Positions 32,980 through 44,814 of a stretch of 64,000 bases of DNA are shown one piece after another (the stretch's first letter is position 1; each line of letters starts with the position of its first letter). Source of the stretch: an uncultured Gammaproteobacteria bacterium. Its GTDB lineage: Bacteria > Pseudomonadota > Gammaproteobacteria > Eutrophobiales > Eutrophobiaceae. The notes below the pieces were generated by a model. The model saw only the letters and a list, made by a program, of their open reading frames with translations, had not been told where the DNA came from and made no database searches. The DNA lies in contig CAXBLT010000004.1 of the NCBI GenBank assembly GCA_963976795.1, forward strand, positions 3,979 through 67,978, in the 5' to 3' direction. The position numbers and the translations under genes are program-made.

Positions 32980-34128
32980 ATGCTTCGAATTGGAATTGTC
33001 GCGGGTGAAGCATCAGGCGACATGCTTGGTGCTGGGTTGATTAATGAATTAGGAAAAAAAACTGAAACCTTATCTGTAGAAGGTATCGGTGGGGAACGGT
33101 TGCTTGCGTCTGGCATGAAGGTTTTATACCCGATGGAAAGGTTGTCCGTGATGGGTATTACTGAAGTAGCAAGTAGATATTTCGAATTAAAAAATATTAG
33201 AAATAATTTATTAAAACATTTTATTAAAAACCCACCAGATGTGTTTATTGGCGTAGATGCTCCTGACTTTAACCTTTGGCTTGAGAAGGAGTTACGCAAG
33301 GCAGGAATAACAACAGTCCATTATGTTAGTCCTTCGATTTGGGCTTGGCGTGAATACAGAGTAAAAAAAATTCGTATGGCTGCCGATTTAGTATTAAATC
33401 TATTTCCTTTTGAAGCAGCTATTTATGATAAATACGAGGTGCCCAATCGATTTGTTGGGCACCACCTGGCCGACAAAATCCCAAGCATGCCAAACGTGCC
33501 TGCAGCAAGAGCTGATTTAAAAATTCCGCAAGATAAAATTGTAGTTGCTCTTTTGCCGGGCAGTCGATTGTCTGAGATAAAAAGAATCGCCGGGCCACTA
33601 TTAGAAGCGGCTGTTTTATCACAAATAAAAAACCCTGATATGTGTTTTATCACTGGATTGATTGATGAGAAGTCACTGAATCTTTTTTCAGAAATAAAAA
33701 ACAGAGTAGCGCCTGATCTGAATGTAAATATTAGTGTAAATAATACACACAAAATAATGGAAGCTGCAGATTTTATTATGCTTGCATCCGGAACAGCAAC
33801 ACTTGAGGCTATGCTCTACAAGAAACCTATGGTTGTTACATACAAGCTTTCTTTTCTAACGCATCTAATAGTCAAATTGTTGGCAAAAATTCCTTACGCC
33901 TCATTACCCAATATTCTAGCTGGAAAAATGCTGGTGCCAGAATGTTTGCAATCAAGATGCACGCCTGAAATATTATCTTTTGAGTTAAATAAACTCCTGA
34001 CGTCCGCAGAGCAAACAAAGAAAATGAAAATGGAATTTACAAGTTTATCTTCCCAACTAAAAAAGAATGCTGATTTGCAAGCGGCTGATGCCATTCTTGA
34101 ATTACTAGAAGGTGATAAGGTTGTCTGA
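32980..34128 (+). CDS. lpxB: lipid-A-disaccharide synthase
   Basis: [12 protein letters not shown]-terminus, synteny. Confidence 0.95.
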   Translation: MLRIGIVAGEASGDMLGAGLINELGKKTETLSVEGIGGERLLASGMKVLYPMERLSVMGITEVASRYFELKNIRNNLLKHFIKNPPDVFIGVDAPDFNLWLEKELRKAGITTVHYVSPSIWAWREYRVKKIRMAADLVLNLFPFEAAIYDKYEVPNRFVGHHLADKIPSMPNVPAARADLKIPQDKIVVALLPGSRLSEIKRIAGPLLEAAVLSQIKNPDMCFITGLIDEKSLNLFSEIKNRVAPDLNVNISVNNTHKIMEAADFIMLASGTATLEAMLYKKPMVVTYKLSFLTHLIVKLLAKIPYASLPNILAGKMLVPECLQSRCTPEILSFELNKLLTSAEQTKKMKMEFTSLSSQLKKNADLQAADAILELLEGDKVV

Positions 34129-34711
34129 CTATTCCTATATTAACCGTCTTGAGTTTGTAGCAGGTGTCGATGAAGTTGGAAGAGGCCCTCTAGCAGGAGC
34201 GGTTGTTGCCGCAGCTGTAATATTAGACCCGAAGAATATTATTAATGGCTTGAAAGACTCTAAAAAACTGAGTCATAAAAAAAGGATGATTTTGTCGGAT
34301 GAAATAAAATCCAAGTCATTGGCGTGGTCATTAGGTCGAGCTGAAGTTGAAGAGATAGACGAGATAAATATATTGCAAGCTAGTTTGCTGGCTATGAAAC
34401 GTGCCGTTGAAGCTTTAGAAAAAGAACCAGAAATGGTGGTTGTAGATGGTAGTTTTACGCCGGAAGTTAATTATAAAACTATTGCCATTGTCAAAGGAGA
34501 CAGTTTGATTCCTGCAATAAGTGCTGCATCAATTATCGCTAAAGTGGCACGAGACAATGAGATGGTGAACTTTGATGAGGACTATCCAGGGTACGGTTTT
34601 TCATCGCATAAAGGTTATCCCACAAAACAGCATATTGAAGCGTTAGCAAGATTAGGGATAACTAAAATACACAGACGTAGTTTTGCACCAGTCGCTAAAT
34701 ATATAGTGTAA
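34112..34711 (+). CDS. rnhB: ribonuclease HII
   Basis: [19 protein letters not shown] motif. Confidence 0.95.
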   Translation: MIRLSDYSYINRLEFVAGVDEVGRGPLAGAVVAAAVILDPKNIINGLKDSKKLSHKKRMILSDEIKSKSLAWSLGRAEVEEIDEINILQASLLAMKRAVEALEKEPEMVVVDGSFTPEVNYKTIAIVKGDSLIPAISAASIIAKVARDNEMVNFDEDYPGYGFSSHKGYPTKQHIEALARLGITKIHRRSFAPVAKYIV

Positions 34712-34723
34712 GTTGTCATATCT

Positions 34724-37700
34724 ATGAGTTTTGTTCATCTACATCTTCATACTGAATATTCGTTAATCGATGGATTAATTAAGATTGATGTTTTGGCAAA
34801 TAAAGCGGCTGATAAGTGTATGCCTGCACTTGCTGTTACAGAGCAAGGAAACACTTTCTCTGCTGTAAAATTTTATCGTGCAATGCACAGAGTGGGTGTT
34901 AAGCCACTGATTGGTGCAGAAATAAAAGTGGTGACAGCTAGTCCTGACGAACCTTCAAGTATCGTTCTACTTTGCCAGCATATTGAAGGTTTCCAAAACC
35001 TGTCCAGATTGATAACGCGAAGTTTTACTGAAGGTCAGTTTCGAGGTAATCCATTAGTACAGTTTGATTGGCTTGAAACATATAACGAGGGACTCATTGC
35101 TGTTGATTGTGCAGATACTGGTGCTTTTTCTACTTCAACTTTACTTCAAGATAATACAAAGATTGAAAAGAATATTGAGAAATGGATGTCTGTTTTTTCA
35201 GATAGATATTATCTTGAAGTGCAAAGAATAGGTAGAAAAAGCCAGGATAGCTATATACATGACGCCCTCAATTATGCTGAAAAATATAGTATTCCTCTCG
35301 TTGCTACGAATAATGTTCGTTTTATAGAAAATGATGATTTTGAAGCGCATGAAGCACGCGTTTGCATTCAACAAGGATATACATTAAATGATCCTAGACG
35401 CGCCAAACAATACACTGCTCAACAATACCTCCGAACAAATGAAGAAATGGAAGAGTTGTTTTCTGATATACCTGAAGCACTTGAAAACACGGTTAAAATT
35501 GCACAGCGGTGTAATGTTGAATTTACGCTAGGTGAAAATTTCTTACCTCATTTCCCTGTCGATTCGATTGAAACGCAAGATCAAAGATTGGTCAAGGATG
35601 CCAAAGCAGGGTTACTAAAAATCCTTGACGACAACAATAATATTCCTGAATCAAGCCATGAGGAATACTTTTCAAGATTACAACGTGAGATAGATGTTGT
35701 TACTGGAATGGGTTTTTCCGGTTATTTTCTTATCGTTGCTGATTTCATTCGTTGGGCGAAAGAAAACGGTATTCCTGTGGGTCCAGGACGTGGTTCAGGT
35801 GCCGGTTCATTAGTTGCTTATGCACTGGATATTACAGAATTAGACCCACTTGAATATGACCTGTTGTTTGAGAGGTTTTTAAATCCTGAGCGTGTTTCAT
35901 TGCCGGATTTCGATGTGGATTTCTGCATGGAACGCCGAGATGAAGTGATTGATTACGTTGCCAGGAAGTATGGCCGTGATCATGTCTCACAAATTATTAC
36001 TTACGGCACGATGGCAGCAAAGGCTGTGGTTCGGGATGTTGGAAGGGTACTCGGGTTTCCATATGGTTTTGTTGATCAAATTGCAAAGCTGATTCCATTT
36101 GATTTGAACATGACGCTTGAACGGGCTCTTGCTGAAGAGAAGATGCTGCGACAGCGTTATAACTCTGAAGAAGATGTCAGATCGCTGCTGGATTTAGCAC
36201 AAAAGCTTGAAGGTTTGTCGAGAAATGCCGGACGGCACGCTGGAGGACTGGTTATCGCTCCTGAACCTTTGTACGAATATATGCCACTTTATTGTGAAGA
36301 AGGATCTCAAGCAACTGTAACGCAATTTGATATGGGTGATGTTGAATCTATTGGATTGGTTAAATTCGATTTTTTAGGGTTAAGAACATTAACTATTATT
36401 GATTGGGCTTTGCGAGATGTTAATCGTATAAAAAGACAGAATAACGAAGACGAAATTAATATTCGAAAAATCCCGCTAGATGACTCTGCTACTTATGCAT
36501 TAATTCAACGTATGGATACTACGGCCGTCTTCCAGCTTGAGTCTGACGGCATGAAAAAGCTGGTTAATCGACTTAAGCCTGATGTGTTTGATGATCTTAT
36601 TGCGCTTGTTGCTTTATTTCGACCTGGTCCTTTGCAGTCAGGCATGGTCGATGATTTTGTTGAAAGAAAACATGGCAGAGCAAGTGTGCAATATATGCAC
36701 CCTGATTTAAAAGCCATTCTAAAGCCAACCTATGGCGTTATTCTTTATCAGGAACAAGTGATGCAAATTGCTCAGATATTATCTGCTTACTCCTTAGGAG
36801 AGGCAGATCTATTACGTCGTGCTATGGGTAAGAAAAAGCCGGAAGAAATGGCAAAGCAAAGGCAGATGTTTACCGATGGAGCTGTTAGCAGAGGTGTAGA
36901 TAAAGACAAAGCAAAAGAAATATTTGATTTAATGGAAAAATTTGCTGGTTATGGTTTTAATAAATCTCACTCTGCTGCCTATGCGCTTGTTGCCTATCAG
37001 ACGGCCTGGTTAAAAGCACATTATCCGGCTGCTTTCATGGCCGCAGTACTTTCTTCCGATATGGATAATACTGATAAGGTTGTGATGCTGTTTGAAGAAT
37101 CTCGTAGAATGCAAATAGAAGTGGTAGCTCCTTCAGTAAATGCTAGTTTCTATAGTTTCACTGTGATCAATGATAAAGCGATTCAATATGGTTTAGGAGC
37201 TATAAAAGGTGTCGGGGCAGCAGCGATTGATAGCCTTATTAATGAACGAGAAGAGAATGGTCCGTTCGATAATTTATTTGATCTATGTAAACGAATCGAT
37301 CTAAGAAAGGCGAATAAGAGAGTACTTGATGCGTTGATAAAATCTGGTTCAATGGACTCATTAGGTGCTGGCAGGAGCACATTAAATGGAAACCTTGAGA
37401 AGGCAACTTCTTTAGCCGAGCAGCATAATAAAGATATTGATAGTGGACAGAATGATATGTTTGGACTTGAAACTTCTACAGACCCAAATGAAGAACTCGA
37501 TTCAGCTTCGGTTTATGATGTTGTTAAAGATTGGGATGATAAGCAACGTGTTATGTATGAAAAAGAAACTTTGGGATTTTATTTGTCGGGACATCCTATT
37601 AATAGATACAAGCAGGAATTATCAAAAATAACTCGGAAATTATATGGCGTAAAAACAGGCGAAGTCAAAGTAGCGGGATACATTATGAGTATCCGAAAAT

Positions 37701-38206
37701 CAGGAATGAGAGAGGAATATGATGTAAAAATTGATGATAATACTTCCCGAAAGGTCGTTGTTGTTAAAGTAGATGATTATGAAAAATATCGTAACTATTT
37801 AATCAAAGATCACCTGATAATTGTGAAAGGTCGCGCGAAGACTGATGAGTATTATGAAGGCGGAATTAAGATTCTCGCAGATAATATTTTAACCATAGAA
37901 GACATTCGTAAATTGGATAATCCATTTAATGTGACCAGCTCTTTAAGGTTGACGCTATATGAATCTCAAATGAGTAATGGAATAATTAATAATATAAAAA
38001 CCATTTTACTTAAATACAATCATGATGTATCGAGCGTGGTCGTAAAATATATAAAAGCTGATGCGATGGGACAAATGACGTTTGGGAAAGAGTGGAACGT
38101 CCGGATTAGTGATGACTTGATAGATGAATTAATAAATATACTTGATATTAATCAGGTCGAAATCGAGTATAATCCTGTAATTAAACACAATAACAGATTG
38201 ATTTAA
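34724..38206 (+). CDS. dnaE: DNA polymerase III alpha subunit
   Basis: 1160 aa, PHP N-terminus ([11 protein letters not shown]), polymerase core, OB fold. Confidence 0.97.
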   Translation: MSFVHLHLHTEYSLIDGLIKIDVLANKAADKCMPALAVTEQGNTFSAVKFYRAMHRVGVKPLIGAEIKVVTASPDEPSSIVLLCQHIEGFQNLSRLITRSFTEGQFRGNPLVQFDWLETYNEGLIAVDCADTGAFSTSTLLQDNTKIEKNIEKWMSVFSDRYYLEVQRIGRKSQDSYIHDALNYAEKYSIPLVATNNVRFIENDDFEAHEARVCIQQGYTLNDPRRAKQYTAQQYLRTNEEMEELFSDIPEALENTVKIAQRCNVEFTLGENFLPHFPVDSIETQDQRLVKDAKAGLLKILDDNNNIPESSHEEYFSRLQREIDVVTGMGFSGYFLIVADFIRWAKENGIPVGPGRGSGAGSLVAYALDITELDPLEYDLLFERFLNPERVSLPDFDVDFCMERRDEVIDYVARKYGRDHVSQIITYGTMAAKAVVRDVGRVLGFPYGFVDQIAKLIPFDLNMTLERALAEEKMLRQRYNSEEDVRSLLDLAQKLEGLSRNAGRHAGGLVIAPEPLYEYMPLYCEEGSQATVTQFDMGDVESIGLVKFDFLGLRTLTIIDWALRDVNRIKRQNNEDEINIRKIPLDDSATYALIQRMDTTAVFQLESDGMKKLVNRLKPDVFDDLIALVALFRPGPLQSGMVDDFVERKHGRASVQYMHPDLKAILKPTYGVILYQEQVMQIAQILSAYSLGEADLLRRAMGKKKPEEMAKQRQMFTDGAVSRGVDKDKAKEIFDLMEKFAGYGFNKSHSAAYALVAYQTAWLKAHYPAAFMAAVLSSDMDNTDKVVMLFEESRRMQIEVVAPSVNASFYSFTVINDKAIQYGLGAIKGVGAAAIDSLINEREENGPFDNLFDLCKRIDLRKANKRVLDALIKSGSMDSLGAGRSTLNGNLEKATSLAEQHNKDIDSGQNDMFGLETSTDPNEELDSASVYDVVKDWDDKQRVMYEKETLGFYLSGHPINRYKQELSKITRKLYGVKTGEVKVAGYIMSIRKSGMREEYDVKIDDNTSRKVVVVKVDDYEKYRNYLIKDHLIIVKGRAKTDEYYEGGIKILADNILTIEDIRKLDNPFNVTSSLRLTLYESQMSNGIINNIKTILLKYNHDVSSVVVKYIKADAMGQMTFGKEWNVRISDDLIDELINILDINQVEIEYNPVIKHNNRLI

Positions 38207-38208
38207 AT

Positions 38209-39162
38209 ATGAATTTTCTAGATTTTGAACAACCAATTGCAGAGCTCGAAGCCAAAATTGAGGAATTGCGCTACGTTGGTAATGATAAAGAAATAAATAT
38301 TAATGAAGAGATTTCAAGACTCAAGAAACGTAGCGATGAATTGACAGCGTCCATCTTTTCTTCATTAACGCCGTGGCAAGTTTCTCAAGTTGCGCGGCAC
38401 CCACAACGTCCATATACGCAGGATTATATTGATCTTATCTTTACCGACTTTGAAGAATTACATGGAGAGCGGTATTTTGCAGATGATCCAGCAATCATTG
38501 CTGGCATAGCAAGGTTAGACGGGAAACCGGTTGCTGTCATAGGGCATCAGAAAGGTCGAGATACAAAGGACAGGATTATGCGAAATTACGGTATGCCTAA
38601 ACCAGAAGGTTATCGTAAAGCATTGCGCATTATGCAAATGGCAGAGCGTTTTCATTTGCCGGTGTTAACCTTTATCGATACACCAGGCGCTTATCCAGGT
38701 ATTGATGCAGAGCAACGTGGTCAGAGCGAAGCTATAGCGAGGAACTTGATGGTAATGTCAGAGCTAAAAACCCCGGTTGTTGCAACAGTGATTGGCGAAG
38801 GTGGTTCAGGAGGTGCACTCGCTATTGGCGTTGGTGATCGTTTGATAATGCTGCAATATAGCACTTACTCAGTAATATCACCTGAAGGTTGTGCCTCAAT
38901 TCTATGGAAAAGTGCTGATAATGCGAAAGAAGCCGCAGAAGCAATGGGGATTACAGCTCAAAGGTTGAATGAGCTTAATTTAGTTGATCGAGTGATAGAT
39001 GAACCACTAGGTGGTGCACATCGTGACTTTAAAGCTATTGCGAACAGCTTAAAACTCGCGTTAATTGAGGAATTAGAAGAATTACGTTCCTTACCAACTC
39101 AAGAAGTTGTATTACAAAGACAAAATAAAATAAGACAGATTGGTGAATTTAAAAATAATTAG
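38209..39162 (+). CDS. accA: acetyl-CoA carboxylase carboxyltransferase alpha subunit
   Basis: [21 protein letters not shown]-terminus. Confidence 0.95.
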   Translation: MNFLDFEQPIAELEAKIEELRYVGNDKEININEEISRLKKRSDELTASIFSSLTPWQVSQVARHPQRPYTQDYIDLIFTDFEELHGERYFADDPAIIAGIARLDGKPVAVIGHQKGRDTKDRIMRNYGMPKPEGYRKALRIMQMAERFHLPVLTFIDTPGAYPGIDAEQRGQSEAIARNLMVMSELKTPVVATVIGEGGSGGALAIGVGDRLIMLQYSTYSVISPEGCASILWKSADNAKEAAEAMGITAQRLNELNLVDRVIDEPLGGAHRDFKAIANSLKLALIEELEELRSLPTQEVVLQRQNKIRQIGEFKNN

Positions 39163-39286
39163 CTCTTTATATAGATGAGCGTAATGTCAGAATTTTATTT
39201 CAGATTAATCTCCAGTGCCTGCATCCATGCAGGCAACGTCGCGGGTGCAGGAGCGGCGATAAATGTCTTAGGTAGATAATAGCACT

Positions 39287-40630
39287 GTGTCTACCAGTCC
39301 TCTCTCACAATATAATTTTGATTTAATTCTTAGTACATTTCCCGAAGCAAAAAAAATATGGATAGCTTGTAGTGGCGGTATGGATTCTATTGCCTTACTA
39401 CATTTGGTATTTTCAAATAAAGAAAAAATAGGAAAATCACTTGAGGTTGTCTATGTTAACCATGGGCTACAAAAGGAGAGCACTAAATGGGCTGAGTTTT
39501 GTAGAACACAGTGTAAAGATTATGCGCTGGCCTTTAGCGAGCTAAAGATTAATGAGGAAATCCCCAAAGGGGAAAGTATCGAAGCTTGGGCAAGGGAAAA
39601 ACGTTACGCCCTGATTGCTCAAATTATGAATAATGATGACTTGCTCTTTACTGCCCATCATCAAGATGATCAGGTAGAAACATTCTTCCTGCAAGCTCTA
39701 CGTGGTGCTGGACCACGTGGTTTATCGTCAATGCCGCGATTTAAAAATATCGGGAACGCAATACATGTTCGTCCACTATTGAACTATAGTCGAGAACAGT
39801 TGCTCGCTTATGCAAATGAGAATAAATTATCTTGGCAAGAAGACTTGAGTAATGCTGATACTAAATTTGACAGAAATTACTTAAGAAATAATGTTATTCC
39901 AGCATTTGAAAAACGCTGGCCGGCCTATCGCGAAACAATTAGTCGTTTGCTCAAACACCAGCAAGATTGTAAATCCTTAATGCAGGAAGTTGGTCTTGAA
40001 GATTTGAAGTTAGTATCGCGAGAAAATATGCTGATCCTGAAAAAAATAAGAAGATTGAGTGTTTCCAGACAGAAAAATGTCATTTTTACGTGGCTGCAAA
40101 AACTACAATTAGAAACACCTGGCTCAAAGCATATTAACCAAATCATTTCAGATTTGATTAATTCGACAAGTGACAATGCGCCCTGCGTTAATTGGAAGAA
40201 TGTTGAAGTAAGGAAGTATAGAGCATTATTATACGCATCCAATAAAACTGACAAACAGGTTGATAGTATTAATTACCAGTGGGATCTTTCTTTTCCCTTA
40301 AAGATTATGAATGAAACATTAGTTGCAGAATCGAAAGTTGGAAAGGGACTGTCAAAAGAAAAAATTGAAAATGCACATATCAATGTTCGATATAGAGAAG
40401 GAGGGGAAAAAATACTGCCTTTTAGTCACGCTCATTCAAAGACAGTGAAGCAATTGTTTCAGGAGAGGGGGGTTTTACCATGGGTAAGAGACCGGTTTCC
40501 TCTGGTTTATGTTAATGGATCTTTAGCGCTAATACCGGGTGTTTGCGTTGATGTGAGCTACGCTGCGAAAACTGATGAGCCATCTTGGCAAATAACGTGG
40601 ACTGGATATAAAGAAGCCGTTCAATTGTAA
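39287..40630 (+). CDS. tilS: tRNA(Ile)-lysidine synthetase
   Basis: PP-loop SGGMDS motif; GTG start as in the ORF track (start uncertain). Confidence 0.9.
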   Translation: MSTSPLSQYNFDLILSTFPEAKKIWIACSGGMDSIALLHLVFSNKEKIGKSLEVVYVNHGLQKESTKWAEFCRTQCKDYALAFSELKINEEIPKGESIEAWAREKRYALIAQIMNNDDLLFTAHHQDDQVETFFLQALRGAGPRGLSSMPRFKNIGNAIHVRPLLNYSREQLLAYANENKLSWQEDLSNADTKFDRNYLRNNVIPAFEKRWPAYRETISRLLKHQQDCKSLMQEVGLEDLKLVSRENMLILKKIRRLSVSRQKNVIFTWLQKLQLETPGSKHINQIISDLINSTSDNAPCVNWKNVEVRKYRALLYASNKTDKQVDSINYQWDLSFPLKIMNETLVAESKVGKGLSKEKIENAHINVRYREGGEKILPFSHAHSKTVKQLFQERGVLPWVRDRFPLVYVNGSLALIPGVCVDVSYAAKTDEPSWQITWTGYKEAVQL

Positions 40631-41424
40631 TGAAAAATTTATTTTCACTCGCTTATCAGTGCCTGTCAGAATCTAAACTAGATGAAAAGCTGGCTTTATC
40701 AGAACTAGCAGCAAAAACTATATTATCTGGCAATATTACCGTTACTACAATTGATGTTGATCTTAAATTAATAAAAGTCGGCCAACCAGCTAAACCTTTG
40801 CTTGTCGAACCACGAGACTTACCTAAACGCAATATGCAGACTGATGAAGGCAGGGCAGCGATGATACATTCCTTTGCGCATATAGAATTTAATGCTATCA
40901 ATCTTGTCTGGGACTTAATATATCGCTTTCAGAATTTGCCCAAGGGTTTTTATCTTGACTGGGCCAGAGTGGCTTCTGAAGAGACCAAACATTTTTGTTT
41001 ATTACAGAATCAGTTGCACATATTAGGTTATGACTATGGTGATTTCCCCGCGCATAATGGACTTTGGAATATAGCAGAACAAACGAAACATGATTTATTA
41101 TTACGCTTGGCGGTAGTGCCCCGCATTTTGGAAGCAAAAGGTTTGGATGTAACTCCGAATTTAATTTCTCGGTTTCGTCAGGTAAAAGATGAATCAACGA
41201 GTCTGATACTTGAATTAATTCTTGAAGAAGAAATTGGACATGTTAAGACTGGAACAAAGTGGTATCGCTATCAATGTGAAAAATTAAACCTGGATCCAGA
41301 ATATAAATTCAAACAGATAGCAGAAGAATATTTGCCTTTGAATAAAGCACAGAAGATAAATTATGAAGCGAGAATAATGGCGGGATTTAGTCAAGCCGAA
41401 TTGGATTACCTTGTAACACATTAA
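40630..41424 (+). CDS. DUF455-type ferritin-like di-iron protein
   Basis: Two ExxH motifs (EETKH, EEIGH) and RLAVVPRILEAKGLD; start overlaps the tilS stop (TAATG). Confidence 0.75.
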   Translation: MKNLFSLAYQCLSESKLDEKLALSELAAKTILSGNITVTTIDVDLKLIKVGQPAKPLLVEPRDLPKRNMQTDEGRAAMIHSFAHIEFNAINLVWDLIYRFQNLPKGFYLDWARVASEETKHFCLLQNQLHILGYDYGDFPAHNGLWNIAEQTKHDLLLRLAVVPRILEAKGLDVTPNLISRFRQVKDESTSLILELILEEEIGHVKTGTKWYRYQCEKLNLDPEYKFKQIAEEYLPLNKAQKINYEARIMAGFSQAELDYLVTH

Positions 41425-41491
41425 TAAATAGTTATGAATATTATTAATAAAATTAGAAAACCAGTGCTTGCCACAAGATAAGTAAACATCA

Positions 41492-42148
41492 ATGTCGAAC
41501 GACTCTGTAGAAATGACGATGAGTGAACGCAAAAGCAAGAATTATGATGAGAACCATTTAAGGTTGCAAAAATTATATGAAAAATGGATATGCAAGGATA
41601 AGTGGTTACTACAGAAAGAGGGTATTCCATTATTATTTGGTGTAAGTCCCAACATTGATGAATCTAACCATGATGTCTTGCTGAAGATAGAAGAACAATG
41701 GGAGTATGCACAAGAGTGCGTTAACAAAAAACTATTATCAGTTACAAATGTAGAGGATTTAGCTGAAAAATGGGAGGTCTTGCCGATTGATTTATATCGA
41801 TGGGCTATGGTTAGTCGCATATCGGTTCCTGAAGAGTTCAGTGCGTTAATCACTTTTGTTATTCAGACGGTTAAAACTGAACAGAGTGCTCATATTCAAA
41901 CAGTTGTGGAGCAAGATGCGGTATTGCAAAAACATAAAGAAATTATAATGGGCGCAGCTACTTCACTGTTAGCTAACGCATATAAACAATGTCAAAATGA
42001 TCAAGGGGATATTTGCGCAAAAAACATATCGAAATTAATTATTGACAACAAACAAGAATGGTTCGGTCATGATGAACCATTGTTAGATCAACCAGGCATG
42101 ACAAGGTTGATCGACGAATATATTAAGCTAACAAAACCCGTTATTTAA
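41492..42148 (+). CDS. hypothetical protein
   Basis: 218-aa ORF, no recognisable motifs. Confidence 0.5.
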   Translation: MSNDSVEMTMSERKSKNYDENHLRLQKLYEKWICKDKWLLQKEGIPLLFGVSPNIDESNHDVLLKIEEQWEYAQECVNKKLLSVTNVEDLAEKWEVLPIDLYRWAMVSRISVPEEFSALITFVIQTVKTEQSAHIQTVVEQDAVLQKHKEIIMGAATSLLANAYKQCQNDQGDICAKNISKLIIDNKQEWFGHDEPLLDQPGMTRLIDEYIKLTKPVI

Positions 42149-42156
42149 CTAATTGT

Positions 42157-43659
42157 TCAATGGGTGATAGGTACCTTCGTTTTTTGCATGACGGTTGATT
42201 CTTCAAGTGAATAATCAGAGGCTAATTGTGTAAAATGTAAAAAGACATCTCCAATCTCAACAACATCTCCTTCGTGTAATTCCGCCTTACCAATTTTTTC
42301 ATTATTAACATATACGCCATTCATTGAGTTCATATCAATAATATCGAAGGTGCCATTGCTATTCCTATGAATTTCAGCATGACGTCTGGAGAGAGAGGTA
42401 TCATTTAGTGTGAGCTCATTGTCTTTACTTCGACCGATGCGCCAAATTGTTCGTGTTATTGGGTATCGAGTTTCACTACCATCATCCGCGATTAAATAAG
42501 CATAAGGCTTATAATTGCTATCCGAAATAGGTCTTGTTTCAGGACGGCGATTCCATAATAAAAATAATGTAATCAATATGAATATGATAATGATGATAAA
42601 TGCAGCAGGAAGACCGTACCAAAGCCATAAATTAATACCTTGATTATCTATCTGTTTTGTTACTATTTGAATTGGCTGCTTGTTTTCGGGACTAATCTTA
42701 TTCACGCTTCCAACATCAGTTGAAATGTTACTGGTTTTTATTTGAAGATGTTTCTCTGTAGTTTTTATTTTCACCGGCACATTTATACTTTCTGTTCCAT
42801 TAATATCCGTGAAGGATAGCGTTACTTTGTCAGGGGCAGGGCTTTTTTTAGATAAAGAGCCTAATTCAACAGTGAATGAGCCTCCATTATCCAAATTATT
42901 TATTAGCGGCATTAATTTGTTTGGTGGAAGTTTATAGCTCATATCAGTTTCAATATAATTGCCGCCAGTTTCTTCGCTTAAGCGTCTGATAGTTTGTAAA
43001 GAAACAGATAAAGAAACAGATCTTGGATATCCTATTGAGTTTATAACTACGCCAGATTTTTTAGCTGATCTAACGACATCAGAATGGAAATAGGCCTTAT
43101 CTTCAGCTTGACCATCAGACATTAAAATAATTAATTTTCTATTAGCATCAAATGATTTGAGATGGTCAATAGCCGTGATCAGGTTGCGATATAATTCTGT
43201 TGTCCTGCCTTGCGCATTTAAAGAATTAATAGCCTTGGAAAGTAAAAAACTTGATGTTCCTATTGGTGCCAAAAAGTGTATGGATTTGTCAAAAGCTGCC
43301 AATCCAATTTTGTGATGCGACTTTATATTAGTTAACAAAGTATTTATATGAGACTTGTTTTTTTCAATGACATTTTGTCTGTTAGGGTCGCTTGTATCAA
43401 CCAGAAATAAAATTGCCGTTGTATCATTAGTTTCAGGGAATGGACTTGATTTACTTATTTCAAGCTTATCATTATCAGACATTGCCTTAATTTCAGGAGT
43501 TGCCTCAGATTTGAGGCTTCGATACGTACAATCAAGAACTGTTTTAGATTGTTGGCAATTAATATCGTGCTTATCGGTTAACGTGTTCCAGGGAAACGCG
43601 TTTACGGAATATACTGATAGATATAAACAGAATAAAAGAGAAGTAATGTTTCTATTCAA
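42157..43659 (-). CDS. transmembrane protein with periplasmic vWA domain and cytoplasmic FHA domain
   Basis: Signal peptide; vWA (LFLVDTSDP..., TELYRNL, LIILMSDGQAED); TM helix (LPAAFIIIIIFILITLFLLW); C-terminal FHA (WRIGRS...LSRRHAEI...SMNGVYVN). Confidence 0.85.
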   Translation of the reverse strand: MNRNITSLLFCLYLSVYSVNAFPWNTLTDKHDINCQQSKTVLDCTYRSLKSEATPEIKAMSDNDKLEISKSSPFPETNDTTAILFLVDTSDPNRQNVIEKNKSHINTLLTNIKSHHKIGLAAFDKSIHFLAPIGTSSFLLSKAINSLNAQGRTTELYRNLITAIDHLKSFDANRKLIILMSDGQAEDKAYFHSDVVRSAKKSGVVINSIGYPRSVSLSVSLQTIRRLSEETGGNYIETDMSYKLPPNKLMPLINNLDNGGSFTVELGSLSKKSPAPDKVTLSFTDINGTESINVPVKIKTTEKHLQIKTSNISTDVGSVNKISPENKQPIQIVTKQIDNQGINLWLWYGLPAAFIIIIIFILITLFLLWNRRPETRPISDSNYKPYAYLIADDGSETRYPITRTIWRIGRSKDNELTLNDTSLSRRHAEIHRNSNGTFDIIDMNSMNGVYVNNEKIGKAELHEGDVVEIGDVFLHFTQLASDYSLEESTVMQKTKVPITH

Positions 43660-43673
43660 TTGTTTGATGCCTC

Positions 43674-44186
43674 CTACTTATCCGGGAACAATGGGTCGGG
43701 TAAATCATAAAATTCAATATGAACTGATTTTACTCCACGTCGTTGTTCATCAACTTGATTCATTGTATCATCAGGCTCCTTAAATTCGCCTAATTGCGCA
43801 ATATCTTTATCTAGCTTTGCTTTTACGTTGATGATTTTTTCATGCAACTCATTAGAATACTGTAACTCATAAGCACGTGGAGCTAATGTGCTTGACATGT
43901 TTTCTATCTCAGCCAGCCAAAGGTAGACAGAGCCTTCTTTGCCGGTTTCTTTATTAGGTTGTTCTACGTGGGTTGAGATTAAACGGAACTGCGGTGGTAA
44001 GTTTTCAGTTGTGGCCCAACCAAGTAGTGGGGGAAAAGAGTAATAAGTTATGACGTAAAATGCAGAGGTGATAACGATACTTGCAGCTTTAACTTTCCAG
44101 GACCATTTAGAATAGAGGTTTATACTAAGTAGTAGTAAACCGATTAAAATATAGGCTGAAATAATGCCAGTAATGCCCAATATCAC
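43674..44186 (-). CDS. two-TM membrane protein of unknown function
   Basis: 170 aa, two N-terminal helices then a charged soluble domain; 14 nt upstream of the vWA-FHA gene. Confidence 0.6.
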   Translation of the reverse strand: MILGITGIISAYILIGLLLLSINLYSKWSWKVKAASIVITSAFYVITYYSFPPLLGWATTENLPPQFRLISTHVEQPNKETGKEGSVYLWLAEIENMSSTLAPRAYELQYSNELHEKIINVKAKLDKDIAQLGEFKEPDDTMNQVDEQRRGVKSVHIEFYDLPDPLFPDK

Positions 44187-44213
44187 AATATTTTCTCCAG
44201 TGTTATTATTTTC

Positions 44214-44807
44214 TTAACCAAGCTCTACAAGCGACTTCGGCAGGAAATTTATTCCATAAACGTCGCCATCATGCCCAATTTTAAATCTGACCGCAGTTTT
44301 CTCATCACCTCTTTTCTCAAGGTTAACAGTGCCATAGTATATAACTTCGAGCTTAGGGTTTACTTTGACCAACCTCACATTTACATCAACAGGTGTTCCC
44401 GTTTCAGATGCATAATAATGCAGATTGACTATATATTCTCCTTTCACAACGCCTCTTAAGGTGACCACTTCTTGATTAAGTGGGTTCTGAACTTCTTCTC
44501 CAGCGATTGTAATAGTGTCATTGACCAAACCCCGGTCATCACGGTCTAGATGCAACAATCCTGCTTCGGGGGTTCTAAACCAGAGAATCTGACCTTCGGG
44601 ATCTTCTACCCAGACGTCGACATCATCAGGGCTATTATCTTCCCAGGTTATGGTTAATATGTATTCTGCTTTAGGATCTATTATCCCTGACTTCGCTTCA
44701 GGGTTCATAAACATAATGGCAACCAGAAACAGAAACGTAAAACCCAGCAATGCATTGAACAGCAGGTCTGTGAATGGGTCAGAACGCAGTCGATCTTTAA
44801 CACTCAT
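44214..44807 (-). CDS. single-pass membrane protein, MotB/ExbD/TolR-like N-terminus with novel beta-rich periplasmic domain
   Basis: DPFTDLLFNALLGFTFLFLVAIMF resembles the Asp-containing stator TM of ExbD/TolR/MotB. It starts 7 nt downstream of the MotA/ExbB-like gene. No OmpA-like or ExbD C-terminal motifs seen. Confidence 0.55.
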   Translation of the reverse strand: MSVKDRLRSDPFTDLLFNALLGFTFLFLVAIMFMNPEAKSGIIDPKAEYILTITWEDNSPDDVDVWVEDPEGQILWFRTPEAGLLHLDRDDRGLVNDTITIAGEEVQNPLNQEVVTLRGVVKGEYIVNLHYYASETGTPVDVNVRLVKVNPKLEVIYYGTVNLEKRGDEKTAVRFKIGHDGDVYGINFLPKSLVELG

Positions 44808-44814
44808 TAATTAA

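Noticed and set aside
39217-39234. A GC-rich perfect palindrome, GCCTGCAT-CC-ATGCAGGC, followed by further TGCAGG-like repeats between accA and tilS. It was considered as a terminator, REP element or stray attC.
   Set aside because: It has no T-tract and no RYYYAAC/GTTRRRY boxes, and there is only a single copy in the window. It may be a REP-like element, but no function can be assigned.
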